From: a virus
Strand: one strand, 5' to 3'
DNA: 64,000 bases
IMG/VR virus record: IMGVR_UViG_3300036859_000864
Span: 1 to 64,000 of that record
Each line of letters begins with the position of its first letter. The stretch's first letter is position 1. The notes beneath the pieces were generated by a model, which did no database searches, had not been told where the DNA came from, and worked only from the letters and a program-made list of their open reading frames with translations. This document shows positions 48,047 through 57,812 of this stretch, piece after piece. A program made the position numbers and the translations under genes.

Positions 48047-49471
48047 ATGAAAGACACGCCTCTCACCGTGACCCTCTGGAACTCCTTCTCACGCGGCCGG
48101 CGTGAAGAACGAACCTGGCGATCGTTCATCGACATCTTCGTGCGAGAGCCCGAGGTCGCGCGCGACAAGCGCAAGGTGGCCGGCTTCTCCCTCGGGGCTT
48201 TCCTCGAGAACCGGCGCTCGCTCCCTCGAGTCGAGAGAGTTCATGCGCTCATTCTCGATTTCGACAACGGCGACACGACAGTGAAGCAAGCCGCGCATCT
48301 ACTCCCCGGCGTGCAAGGCGTGACCTACACAACATTCAGACACACACCCAAACATCCGAAGCTGCGTCTCATCTTTCGCCTCAGCAGGCCCGTCGACGCC
48401 GACGAGTACGCGCGCGTCTGGGTTTGGGTAGCCGACAAGATCACGAAGGCGAAGCGGGTCCTCGACGAGTCGACGCGAGATGCGAGCCGCTTCTGGTACC
48501 TGCCGAGCCATCCGCCGGGGGCGACGTACGAGTGGCAAGAGATCGATGGGAAGCCTCTCGACGTAGCGAAGGCGTTGAAGGAATCGAAAGCCACACACAC
48601 CCGTCCCTTTCCAAGCCCCGGCAAGGCACGTGAGCGCAAGCCTCTGGCGCCCCTGCCTGGAAAAGGGCGGGTGTGTGTCGATCCCTCGGAGGCCGATCAG
48701 ACCTTCTTCGGACGCGCGTTCGTGCACGCCAACATGGCCTTCGAGCTCCTCGACAACGGCGCGCTTCCCGTCACCTGCCCGTGGGCGAAGCTCCACACGA
48801 GCGGCGACGACGGCGATTCGTCGACGGTGATCTTTCCCGCGACCACCGAGGCCGGCTGGGGTCTCTTTCACTGTTCTCACGCCCACTGCGTCGGGCGGAC
48901 GACGGCCGACCTCCTCGATGCCTTGCCCGCTGAGGCGCTCGAGAAGGCCCGGCACGAGCACGGCCGCGGGATGATGAGGGTGCGGGTGATCGACGGCTGG
49001 GCGCAACGGCTAGAGGCCCTGCCGGAGTTCCCGGCGCTCGACCGGCTCATCTTGAAGTGCCGCCCGCGTGGGGGAGGCGCCGTCTTTACGATGACGGTGA
49101 AACTTGGAAGCTCGATGCACACCAACCACCTCGGGGCCGCGCCGTTGCCGTTGTTGATCGGACGGCGTCTCGATGTCTCTATGGAGGGCCGGACGGTGAA
49201 GGCCGCTCGACTCGTCGTCGAGCCTTTCGATCGAAAGACGGCGCGAGCGCGCGGGGCGGCGATTCTCTCGGGAGCCTCGGCGGGGGATCTGATCGCCGAT
49301 GCTGACTTCGATTTTCTGTTTCAGGTATTGTGCCTGAGCTCGCGCCCCGAAGAGATGATAGGCCCGGGCGTTCGAAGGATTCGTGTGCGTGAAGACGAGC
49401 GTGGGAAGTGCTTTGAGGTCGTGCGTGTCGACGGGTCCTGCGTTGATCTTGGAAGGAGCTTGAGCGGATGA
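48047..49471 (+). CDS. Primase-like (AEP) protein with Zn finger and DCL/DUF3223-like C-terminus
   Basis: LILDFD, YTTFRHT..PKLRLI; CPW..H..FHCSHAHC; IGPGVRRIRV..CFEVVRVDG. Confidence 0.7.
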   Translation: MKDTPLTVTLWNSFSRGRREERTWRSFIDIFVREPEVARDKRKVAGFSLGAFLENRRSLPRVERVHALILDFDNGDTTVKQAAHLLPGVQGVTYTTFRHTPKHPKLRLIFRLSRPVDADEYARVWVWVADKITKAKRVLDESTRDASRFWYLPSHPPGATYEWQEIDGKPLDVAKALKESKATHTRPFPSPGKARERKPLAPLPGKGRVCVDPSEADQTFFGRAFVHANMAFELLDNGALPVTCPWAKLHTSGDDGDSSTVIFPATTEAGWGLFHCSHAHCVGRTTADLLDALPAEALEKARHEHGRGMMRVRVIDGWAQRLEALPEFPALDRLILKCRPRGGGAVFTMTVKLGSSMHTNHLGAAPLPLLIGRRLDVSMEGRTVKAARLVVEPFDRKTARARGAAILSGASAGDLIADADFDFLFQVLCLSSRPEEMIGPGVRRIRVREDERGKCFEVVRVDGSCVDLGRSLSG

Positions 49472-50484
49472 CGACCGATGAGAAAATGAAGATGAACGTC
49501 GAGACGACGATTTGGATCGTGGGGATCCTAATCATCGTAGGGCTGCTTGCCGTCGTGTATTTTTGGGGCAAGGGCCTTCGCAATGGGACGTGCACCGAGA
49601 TGTGCCGCCCTGCGCAGTTCGACTCAGGTCAAGATGTGAACGGCGGTTGTCTTTGCATCGGTAGCGACAAGGTTCTTCGCATCAGGCCGGCGCCGTGACG
49701 ACCGAAGAGCGATGGGAGCGTGAGAGGCGTGCGCGTGTTCGCGCTCGTGCTCGAGATACGAGTCGTGAGTTTCACGTCGTGTTGAACGTGTGGCTTCAAG
49801 AATCGCACCTATCCGGTGACAGTCGGATCCCATCTGAGAATTATTTAGGGCCGCCTAAGCGCAAGGGACACCAGTGATGTGGAATCCGATCACCGAGATG
49901 ATCATTCAACTCGTACAGGTTGAAGAGGGGCTAGATCGGTTGCAGAAGATCGTCGATGAGTCCTCAGCGCCGAAGTCGGCGGAGTTGTTGAGCGCGCTGC
50001 TCGAGGCGACCGCGCATCTGTTGAAGATGGGTCGAACGGTCGAGGCGACCTTTACCGCGACGGTGTGGGTCGAGCTCATTCGAAGGGCGAAATGAACTAC
50101 CTGCTCTCCGAAGTCGAGGAGCCCATCTTCCAAGCGCTCGAACGTCTCGTCGCGAAAGACATCGGGCTCCGACCGTTCGTCCACGTGTCGAAGGTCGGGC
50201 GCCCCGACGTCTTCGTTCAATTTGCGCGGCTGGTCCGGAACGGCGTTCTCTGTTTCGACGTGCCGAAACTCGAAATCGTGCTGGCTCCGACGACGCCTGC
50301 GGATGGGGCTAAACGCGCGGTAGTAGTGCTTTACATGGATCTGGGGGTGAGCATGGACGAGCGTGTTCTCATCCGCGAAGAGGAGGGTGGCTCGGGCGGC
50401 AAAGGCATTCCTTTTTGGAAGAGACCGTGGCTGCGCCCCGCGTGAGTTGACTTTTGACTACGGTTGTAATACCTCCAAAAGACG

Positions 50485-50763
50485 ATGGCAGCCAAAGACG
50501 AGAAGGCGAAAGAGCGCTGGGTCGGCTGGACGCGCGATGCGATGACCGCGTACACGGAGCCGGACGACATCAAAGATCTCGACGATCTCGTCGACGACAT
50601 GGTGGACACCTCGGTCGCGTACGCCAACGCGATGGCCGAGGAGTTCGATCATCTGTTCGAGAACGCCGGCGCTCGAAAGCGTCGGGGTAAGGGGAAGGGT
50701 CGGAGCCGTAGATCCGAGCCGGACCCGGACGATGACGACGACGATGACGACGATGACGACTGA
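50485..50763 (+). CDS. Acidic protein with poly-Asp tail
   Basis: C-terminal run of Asp residues. Confidence 0.7.
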   Translation: MAAKDEKAKERWVGWTRDAMTAYTEPDDIKDLDDLVDDMVDTSVAYANAMAEEFDHLFENAGARKRRGKGKGRSRRSEPDPDDDDDDDDDDD

Positions 50764-50902
50764 GACGCCGTCGGGGGCTTTTCTCGCCCTCACGCTCTTG
50801 CTGCTCGTGCTGGTGGGTCTCCCGACGGCCTACACGGTCGTAGTGCTGTTCGGACTGAATAAGCGGTCCGAGCAGGCGGACGAAGACAAGAAGGAGTGAG
50901 TC

Positions 50903-51049
50903 ATGGCATCCAAGAAGAAAAAGAAGTCCTCGAAGAAGAAGGCGCCTGCGAAGGCCGCCAAGGGGTCCTCGAAGAAGAAGTGCACCGTGTGCCGCAAGCC
51001 CGGCCACAACGCGCGCAGTCACAGGGCCGGTTCCAAGAAAGCTCTGTGA
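50903..51049 (+). CDS. Lys-rich histone-like 48-aa protein with Zn knuckle
   Basis: MASKKKKKSSKKKAPAKAAKGSSKKKCTVCRKPGHNARSH; SD sequence AGGAG. Confidence 0.7.
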   Translation: MASKKKKKSSKKKAPAKAAKGSSKKKCTVCRKPGHNARSHRAGSKKAL

Positions 51050-52347
51050 GCGCGTTCATCGGGGACGTGAAGGGGCCGCGCCACAACAGCCCGGACGAGG
51101 CGGCTGGTGTGTGGTGCAGCCCCGGCAACGTCGAGCTCACCGTGGTTGGGGATCAGGGCGATCCTGACTACGCCTCGGGTACCGTCAGACGAAGCCTCGA
51201 TCCGATTGCCGCGCGGAACCTCGCCGCGCTCCTTGTGCGCGCCTCTGAGGAGGCCGAGCGCATGGCCGAGCGGAAAGACCGCGAAGCCCGACAACCGAAC
51301 GGAGACCTCGCAAGATGAGCAGCAAGCGTCAGAAGGCCAAAGATCTAATCAACCTCGCCCTCGATGGCGACAACGACGCCAACGAGCGAGCTGCTGCGGC
51401 GATGCGGGCCGTGAAGATCATCGCCAAGTACGATCTTCTCGCCAGTCCGCTCGATGGGATTCTCGATAGCGGCAACGAGACCGTTCAAGCAGCGGGGGAC
51501 ATCTTCTCGAGGCTCACGGACCCGACGCTCTTGAACAGCCTCAAGAAGGTCGCGAGCCATGTCGGTCAGGCACGTCGGAGACGGCGGTGAGGGTTCGCCG
51601 CAGGCCGCGCCGTAGTAAGAAGGCGCCGATTGCTCGCCCGCGCGTGCGGGGCGGTACTTGGCTCTCTAGGGCGGCTGAGGCGTATCACCTGAATTCACGA
51701 AGGCTCATCGGATCGATCTCGAGAGAGTGCGCGCTCGGAAATATCTCGAACGCCAAGGCGGCTCGATTGATCCGTCAGGTTGAGGGGCAGTGGAGCCGGA
51801 TGCACGACTTCTTGGACAAGGTGGGCGCTGAAATCGACGACGGGGTCTCTTGAACGGTGGAACTATGGCTCGCTCTTCCTCTCGTGGTGCCGTTTGCGGT
51901 CCTGCTCGTCTTGCTTCGACGAAGGCGGCGCTCGCGCTTTTGAAAGAGTGGCCTTTAGAGCGTCAGATGAAAGAAGGAGTCCTCGTGAAGCAACACATAC
52001 CGAAAAAGGACCCCCGTCGTCTTTCGAAACGTATCCGTTTCGCGAAACGTCATCGTCGGATGACGTTCAAGCAGTTGGAGGCTCGTGGCAAAGAGTTCGA
52101 GCGCATGGCATTCCAGAAGCGCTTCGAGCTTGAAGTATTTTACCGCGGACTCAGTCACAAGAAAGACGAGGCCATCGAGAAGGCCGCTAGGCGCCCCTCA
52201 GAGGGCTCTGGGATGATGATCGCGACGGAGCTCCGTGACATGCGCTTCGAGTTTAAATCGGAAGCCTCCGCGCTCGCCGCCGCCGGTCGGATCAAGGCGA
52301 CCGTGCGTGGCGCGCGTTGCATGCTCCGCAGCTCGAAGCGGGTCTGA
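51046..52347 (+). CDS. Small hypothetical genes (51046-51318, 51315-51590, 51587-51853, 51967-52347)
   Basis: Mostly overlap-coupled ORFs. Confidence 0.5.
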
Positions 52348-53342
52348 TCTTTTGGGGTGTCGACTCTCCGCGCCCCAGCCTCGACTACGTTGCAGCTAGA
52401 AACCTGGCGACGAACTCAGCCGCGTGCGCCTCGAGCTTCGCTTCGACCGTCTGTAGGAGCTGCTTCGTGTGTGGGGTCTCGGGCAGACGCCATCGAGCGC
52501 CGTCGTCGACGACCAGCTCGATGGCAGCGGCGCCCGAGTCGTCGAACACCTGCACGCGCCACTGTAAAATCTGGCATTCGTACACGGGGCCCTTGCGGGT
52601 GTGATGCGCCGTAGTCCACTGGATTTTCCCGTTGCGTGCTTGGAGCTCCAACGTCGATACGATTTTGACCCAGTCCTCGTGCGTTGCGCGTTTCGTCATC
52701 TGTCCCTCCCTAGTCATTCGACCATCGATACTGTTGCCACATCTCGTCGAGCCTTTTGACGAGACCTTCAAGCTCGGACGCCGCGCGTTTGAGGAGCTCG
52801 GCGTCTTCGGGATGTTTCTCAGCCAGTTCTCGAAGACTCGATGCTGTTTTGAGTTCGGGATCTCTCACTTCGCCGCCGGTTTCTTTGGGGGAGGTGGGGG
52901 CTCGTAGATTACAGCGCGGAACCCGTACTCGAAGACCTTCGCCTTCGAGTTCTTGGTCCACTCGGCCCAGCCTTCGAGCGGCTCTTTGAACAGAAGGTGC
53001 CGTTCGCCTTTCTTCGTGTCGATGACGACCCAAACCTGTTCCGGAACTCCGGACGGTACGAGGACGCTCACGGGCGCACCTTGCGCATCCCGCTCGCGCG
53101 GGTGGCAAGCTCGAGGCGGTCCAGGGTTCCGGCGAGTGACGGGTGAGTCAGTATGTCGAACGGAGAGTTCGGTTTGATTTCAGGTACCCACGCATCTGCG
53201 ACGACGCATGCGATCTGTTCGATCTCTTCAAGCTGTCGTATACGCACGAGTATAGGGCTTGGCGATACTGAGGGCGCGTGTCCTTGAATTTCGCACAAGT
53301 AGGATCGTCTCCCGAGAATCGTACACGGGCATTCTTTGATGT

Positions 53343-54029
53343 TCATGAGGTTTCTCGTTTCGCTGCGATCCGTTCGTAGCGCATGACTTTCACGCGCCAC
53401 TTCTTCTCGAGGGTCTTCGCGCGCTTCAATCGGGTCTCGGCGCGGGCGAGCATCCGCGCGGCGTGCGCGGCGCGCTGTTCGACGCGCTCGGCGGTCGCGG
53501 CCTTTTTCTTGGAGGCGCGTTCCTCTTCGGTTGAAAATACGCGCTTGGGGTAGTCAAGCCCTGCTCCGAGGGCGGTCTCGAGCCATGCGTCGAGCCTGTG
53601 ATCGAGCTCGTAGCAGAGCACGCGGCCTTTTTCGTTGGCGGGGTTCGGGTCGAGCTCGACGCCCCAGAGCTCCTTCGCCGCGCGCGCGAGGGTTCGACGG
53701 AAGCGCTCGTTGTGGTGCGTGCGCGAGGGCAGCGCACAGTGGACGAGCTCGTGAACGATGGTCTCGAGCACCCACGCGAGAGAAGCTGACGGTGAAACTC
53801 GGATTCGAGCGAGACGGTTGCCGTGCGCGAGACCACCGGTCGCGAACGCCGAGTACACGATCTTGACCTCCGTCTTCGCGATCGAGTACGGGCAGTCGTG
53901 GAAGACCGGCAGCGCTTTTACCTGCTCGACGAAGGCGGGGATGTCGAGTGGGAGCCATTCTCGAATCAGCCTTCGACGGTCACGGGCGACGCGATCTATG
54001 GCGGTGAGGTGGGAGTGGCGTGTTGTCAT
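53343..54029 (-). CDS. SprT-like zinc metalloprotease
   Basis: TIVHELVH...HHNERF. Confidence 0.75.
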   Translation of the reverse strand: MTTRHSHLTAIDRVARDRRRLIREWLPLDIPAFVEQVKALPVFHDCPYSIAKTEVKIVYSAFATGGLAHGNRLARIRVSPSASLAWVLETIVHELVHCALPSRTHHNERFRRTLARAAKELWGVELDPNPANEKGRVLCYELDHRLDAWLETALGAGLDYPKRVFSTEEERASKKKAATAERVEQRAAHAARMLARAETRLKRAKTLEKKWRVKVMRYERIAAKRETS

Positions 54030-54655
54030 TGAATCCCTACGTCGTCGATCAAGAGGGTCACGGGTCCGGAAGCGTTCAACGCGAATCCGAAGATCTGGAC
54101 GTCTTTCGGAGCGAATCCTGGGGTTGATGGGGCGTCGAAATCGAACTCGAAGCACGTCCAGTCCCCTGGCGTGAGAGTGATGTCGCGATCGGCTCCGTAG
54201 TCGTTTCCGTTCGACACGTAGGCGAGCACGTTGAGGGGACCGCCAGCCTCGAGCTTGAGCCACACGGAGCCCCGGCGGCCTTGGAGGTCTCCTAGACTCT
54301 CTGGGAGCACGAGCCATCCGTGTGGCGCGTCTGGCGTCTCAAATCGAACGGCCCCGTCGGCGGCGTGTCCCTCCGGGCTCCAGGTCGCCGTTTCGAGGTA
54401 GGGTGGTCGGTACTCCCACTGCTCGAGGCTCTGATCGAAACCCCAGTGCCTCACCAGCCGTTCTCCGGAGCAGCCGAGCGCGGGCCCGGAGGGCGTGGTG
54501 CCGGCGTCTACGCCGCCCTCGCTCGGCGCCCCGCCATCTGGCATCGAGACGCCCCCCTCGGGCGCGGAGAGCTCGGCTTCGAGCCCCATCGGGTAGTAGC
54601 CGATACGCCCGCAACCGAGGGCGAGAAAGGCGGTCAAGAGGCTCATGCGGGGCAT
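54026..54655 (-). CDS. Lipoprotein with carbohydrate-binding-like beta-sandwich
   Basis: ALGC lipobox; PDGGAPSEGGVDAG linker; WGFD..EQW ... LLIDDV. Confidence 0.65.
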   Translation of the reverse strand: MPRMSLLTAFLALGCGRIGYYPMGLEAELSAPEGGVSMPDGGAPSEGGVDAGTTPSGPALGCSGERLVRHWGFDQSLEQWEYRPPYLETATWSPEGHAADGAVRFETPDAPHGWLVLPESLGDLQGRRGSVWLKLEAGGPLNVLAYVSNGNDYGADRDITLTPGDWTCFEFDFDAPSTPGFAPKDVQIFGFALNASGPVTLLIDDVGIQ

Positions 54656-54935
54656 CGTGTTCAGTTTTCTCCTACCGGCTCGCATCGATCGGCGAACCAG
54701 CCGCACGATCCTACGCACCGGTAGTTGAACCACTTCCCTGCTATTTCGGTGGGCCCCGCTTGCCGTTGGTCGAGGGTTCGAGTGAGTTTCGAGCCGCACT
54801 TCGGGCAGACGCCGGCGTCGATCTTCGCGTCCTCGGCCTTCATGTCGCGAATCACGTCGTCGGCTTCGGCTTCGGATACCCCACCGGCAAGAAGACCGGC
54901 TCGGTAGTTGTCGTACTTGTCTTTGATCGCAGCCA

Positions 54936-55397
54936 TCAACCGACCTCGAGCTCGGCGGGGAGCCCGATCTCCGGATCGTCGCGCACCTCGGGGAGCTTCT
55001 CGCCTCCGATTATCGGCACCCCACCCATTTGGATGCGCTGTACGACCCAGTATAGGATCCCCATCTTCTTGAGCCCGTGCTTCTTGCGCTCGCGGAGGTA
55101 GCGATCCATCCCTTCGCCGTCGACGACGCGCTTGTCGTTCGCCATTTTGCCCACCTCGCGGAGCACGACGATCACCGCTCCAGGGCACTCCTGTGCCTTT
55201 GCGCCGGTCTTCGCGCCGACTGCGACGTGATCCGGATGCGACGGGTCGGTCAGGTGGCAAGATTGCGGCTGCCCGCCCCCTCGAATCTGGTTCCAGAGAC
55301 GGCGCAGGTTCGATTTCTTGTAGAAGCCGAACTTGTGAGGCTTGCCGTGGTTCGATTTGCGCCACGGGCACTGCGCGCACGGAGTCGTTTTGCTCAT
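54936..55397 (-). CDS. DUF6283-like Cys-rich protein
   Basis: PCAQCPWRK, SCH, ECPG. Confidence 0.6.
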   Translation of the reverse strand: MSKTTPCAQCPWRKSNHGKPHKFGFYKKSNLRRLWNQIRGGGQPQSCHLTDPSHPDHVAVGAKTGAKAQECPGAVIVVLREVGKMANDKRVVDGEGMDRYLRERKKHGLKKMGILYWVVQRIQMGGVPIIGGEKLPEVRDDPEIGLPAELEVG

Positions 55398-55563
55398 CGT
55401 TTACCCTTCGTCGCCATCAGGAGGGCCTCGAGCTCGGCAACGCGCGCCTTCAACGGCTCGACTTGGGCGGCCTCCGCTTTCAAAGCCGTGACTTCGGCGC
55501 GGAGCTTCGTGATCTCGAGCTGTCGGCGCTCGAGGAGCGGGGTTAGTGTCTGACGTGAAGAGC

Positions 55564-55764
55564 TCATCGCTTCACCCGTGCGAGCTTGACGCCCTGTTCG
55601 AGCTTGTCGGCGCCTTGAGCGATGCAAAGACGCATGGCTTCGGAGCGTGTGATGGGGCTCACGCCCGGCTGCGACATGCGACCCGCGATCTTGTCGATGC
55701 GCGCGATCAAGGATTTCGGAAGACGGATTGCCGTCTGGATCTGCTGTTCTTGTTTTTCTGCCAT
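55564..55764 (-). CDS. Ribbon-helix-helix (CopG-like) regulator
   Basis: AIRLPKSLIARIDKIA...TRSEAMR. Confidence 0.8.
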   Translation of the reverse strand: MAEKQEQQIQTAIRLPKSLIARIDKIAGRMSQPGVSPITRSEAMRLCIAQGADKLEQGVKLARVKR

Positions 55765-57095
55765 TTGGTTCAATGTTCCTGTCGTCGTTTTGCGATTCTG
55801 GTTCGAGCCTCGGCCTCTTCGTCCTTGGCCATGTCGGAGGCCATCTTCGAGAGTTCGTGTAGGAGCGTAGCCGGTGACTGGTGCGGCTCGTAGGTCTTCT
55901 TGAGGCGAACGGTCACATCGACGAGCGCGATCTCGAGCACGTCTTTCCCGAAACCCTCGCGTCTGAGAGCCTCGATGACGAAGCTGAGGCGATCGGATGC
56001 TTCCATCACCTGCGCTACCTGATCCGGCGTGTGCGCGGCGCGCTTGGCGGAAGGTTTCGATCGCATGGGCCTTTGAGGTACCTCGATGCGATCTACGGCC
56101 TTCTTGCTGTCCCTGCGCCATTTCGCGCACTGAGCCGCGTGCTCGTAGATGCGCGCTTGCCTTTCGTCTCCGTTGCTTCGAGCGATTTCGGCTTTTGTCT
56201 CATCGATCGCGATGTCGATGTCGGCCTCGTTCGTTTTCATGCCGGATGTTGTCAGGATCGCCGGTACTCGACCCCCGGGGAGCTTCGACTCGCACGAACG
56301 GCAAAAGAAGATCGCCGCGGACGGTACTGGGTTCGAGCAGAACCGGCACGCAGGTTTGGGCGCGACGCTGGGGAGGCTCACGGCGAGTCCTTGCTGGCTT
56401 GAATGGTGGTTGAGGCTTGCCCGTAGGCGTCTTGGATGTCGCCTCCGAAGAACAACTGCGTGGCGTTCAGCCCCGTGGCTGCGTCTGGGGTCCTCACGAC
56501 TACCTGGAATTTGCCGGTAGGGCTCATTCGAGTGTCGTACGAGCACCTCGGGTTCGCGCGCATCCACTCCGTGAAGATCTTGAGCGTTCGCGCGGCAGCA
56601 TGCGCCATCACGATGTCGAGTTGCTCTTCGCGCGTAGGCATCGCGACAACCGTGAGCCCTCGCTTGTGGAGTTCTCGAACGAGCCTGGACGCGAGATCGA
56701 TGAAAGTCTCCTCGGGATCCTCCGCGAGGGCCTTTTGATCCGTCGCGGTGATTGAATCACGGAGGCTTGCTGCGAGATCACGTGCCGTACTGTTAGGGCG
56801 GCGCGCACTCCCTCCTGTTTTTGAGGCTTGATCGGACTTCTTGACGTTCATGATGCTGTGCTTTCGTTGTTTGGGAGTTTTCGGGCGACCCTGCGGCAGG
56901 CGGCACGGGCCCCCTTCTGGCTTTTGCTCGTGCCCCCTCGAATGAAACCCGTTTTTGAGTGCCCGACGCGCCAGTTCCAGACGCCAACGGGATCTTCGGT
57001 AATCACGGCGACGGTGCTGGTGCGCGCGTCGCGGGCCCACTCTTGGCGCGTCCACCAGTAGGTGAAGGCTTTTTCGAGCTTGGGGGCCCCACGGC

Positions 57096-57665
57096 TCATG
57101 CGGCCTCCAAGGCTTCGCTGTCGGTCGCCCGTAGAAGAACGACGGCGAGGAAGCCGATGACGAACCCGCCGATGTGGCAGCCGAAAGAGACGTTCCCGGA
57201 ACCCCCCGTGAAGGCGTTCCAGATGTTGAGGCCGGCGAACGCGGCCACGAACCCGAGGAGGCGGGGGTAGAGCGCCCCGGCCACGGCGAGGACCCCAAAG
57301 ATGGCCCCCGAGGCGCCCACGAGGGGGTCGGTTGAACCGGGGGCCACGAGGACGTGCGCGAGGCCCCCAAAGACGCCGGCAGCCAGGTAGAGGGCCAAGA
57401 AGCGGAGGTGTCCGAGGCGGCCTTCCACGAGGGTCCCGAAAATGGCCAAAAAAGCCATGTTTCCAACGATGTGGGTGAGGGCCCCCGGGTCGTGGAGAAA
57501 GAGGCTCGAGATGAGGGGGCTGAGGGCGCCCGTCGACATAAAAGACCTGGGGACCAGGCCGTACACCTCGCAGGCCGGCAGGCCGCCGGCACCGAGCTCG
57601 AGGGAGTAGGCCGCGACGTTGGCGAGGATGAGGGCGACAGTGAAGAGGGGCATCCGGGGGCGCAT
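57096..57665 (-). CDS. Rhomboid intramembrane serine protease
   Basis: SLFLH..HIVGNM, VGASGA (Ser), CHIGG (His). Confidence 0.92.
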   Translation of the reverse strand: MRPRMPLFTVALILANVAAYSLELGAGGLPACEVYGLVPRSFMSTGALSPLISSLFLHDPGALTHIVGNMAFLAIFGTLVEGRLGHLRFLALYLAAGVFGGLAHVLVAPGSTDPLVGASGAIFGVLAVAGALYPRLLGFVAAFAGLNIWNAFTGGSGNVSFGCHIGGFVIGFLAVVLLRATDSEALEAA

Positions 57666-57812
57666 GCGAGGTCTTACGCAGAATACCCCCTCCGCATCCC
57701 CCGGTCAAACAACAGAAACCGACGTCAACCAATCTTCCAGTTTGGGCGTAATTCGTATTTCGGTGGTTGACGAGGGGATACGAGGAGGGCATCTTGCGTA
57801 GGACCCGATATG
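57663..57812. promoter_or_regulatory. Twin divergent 46-nt promoter cassettes
   Basis: Minus strand TTGACC-N17-TATTCT; plus strand TTGACG-N17-CATCTT; 32/46 ungapped identity. Confidence 0.75.
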
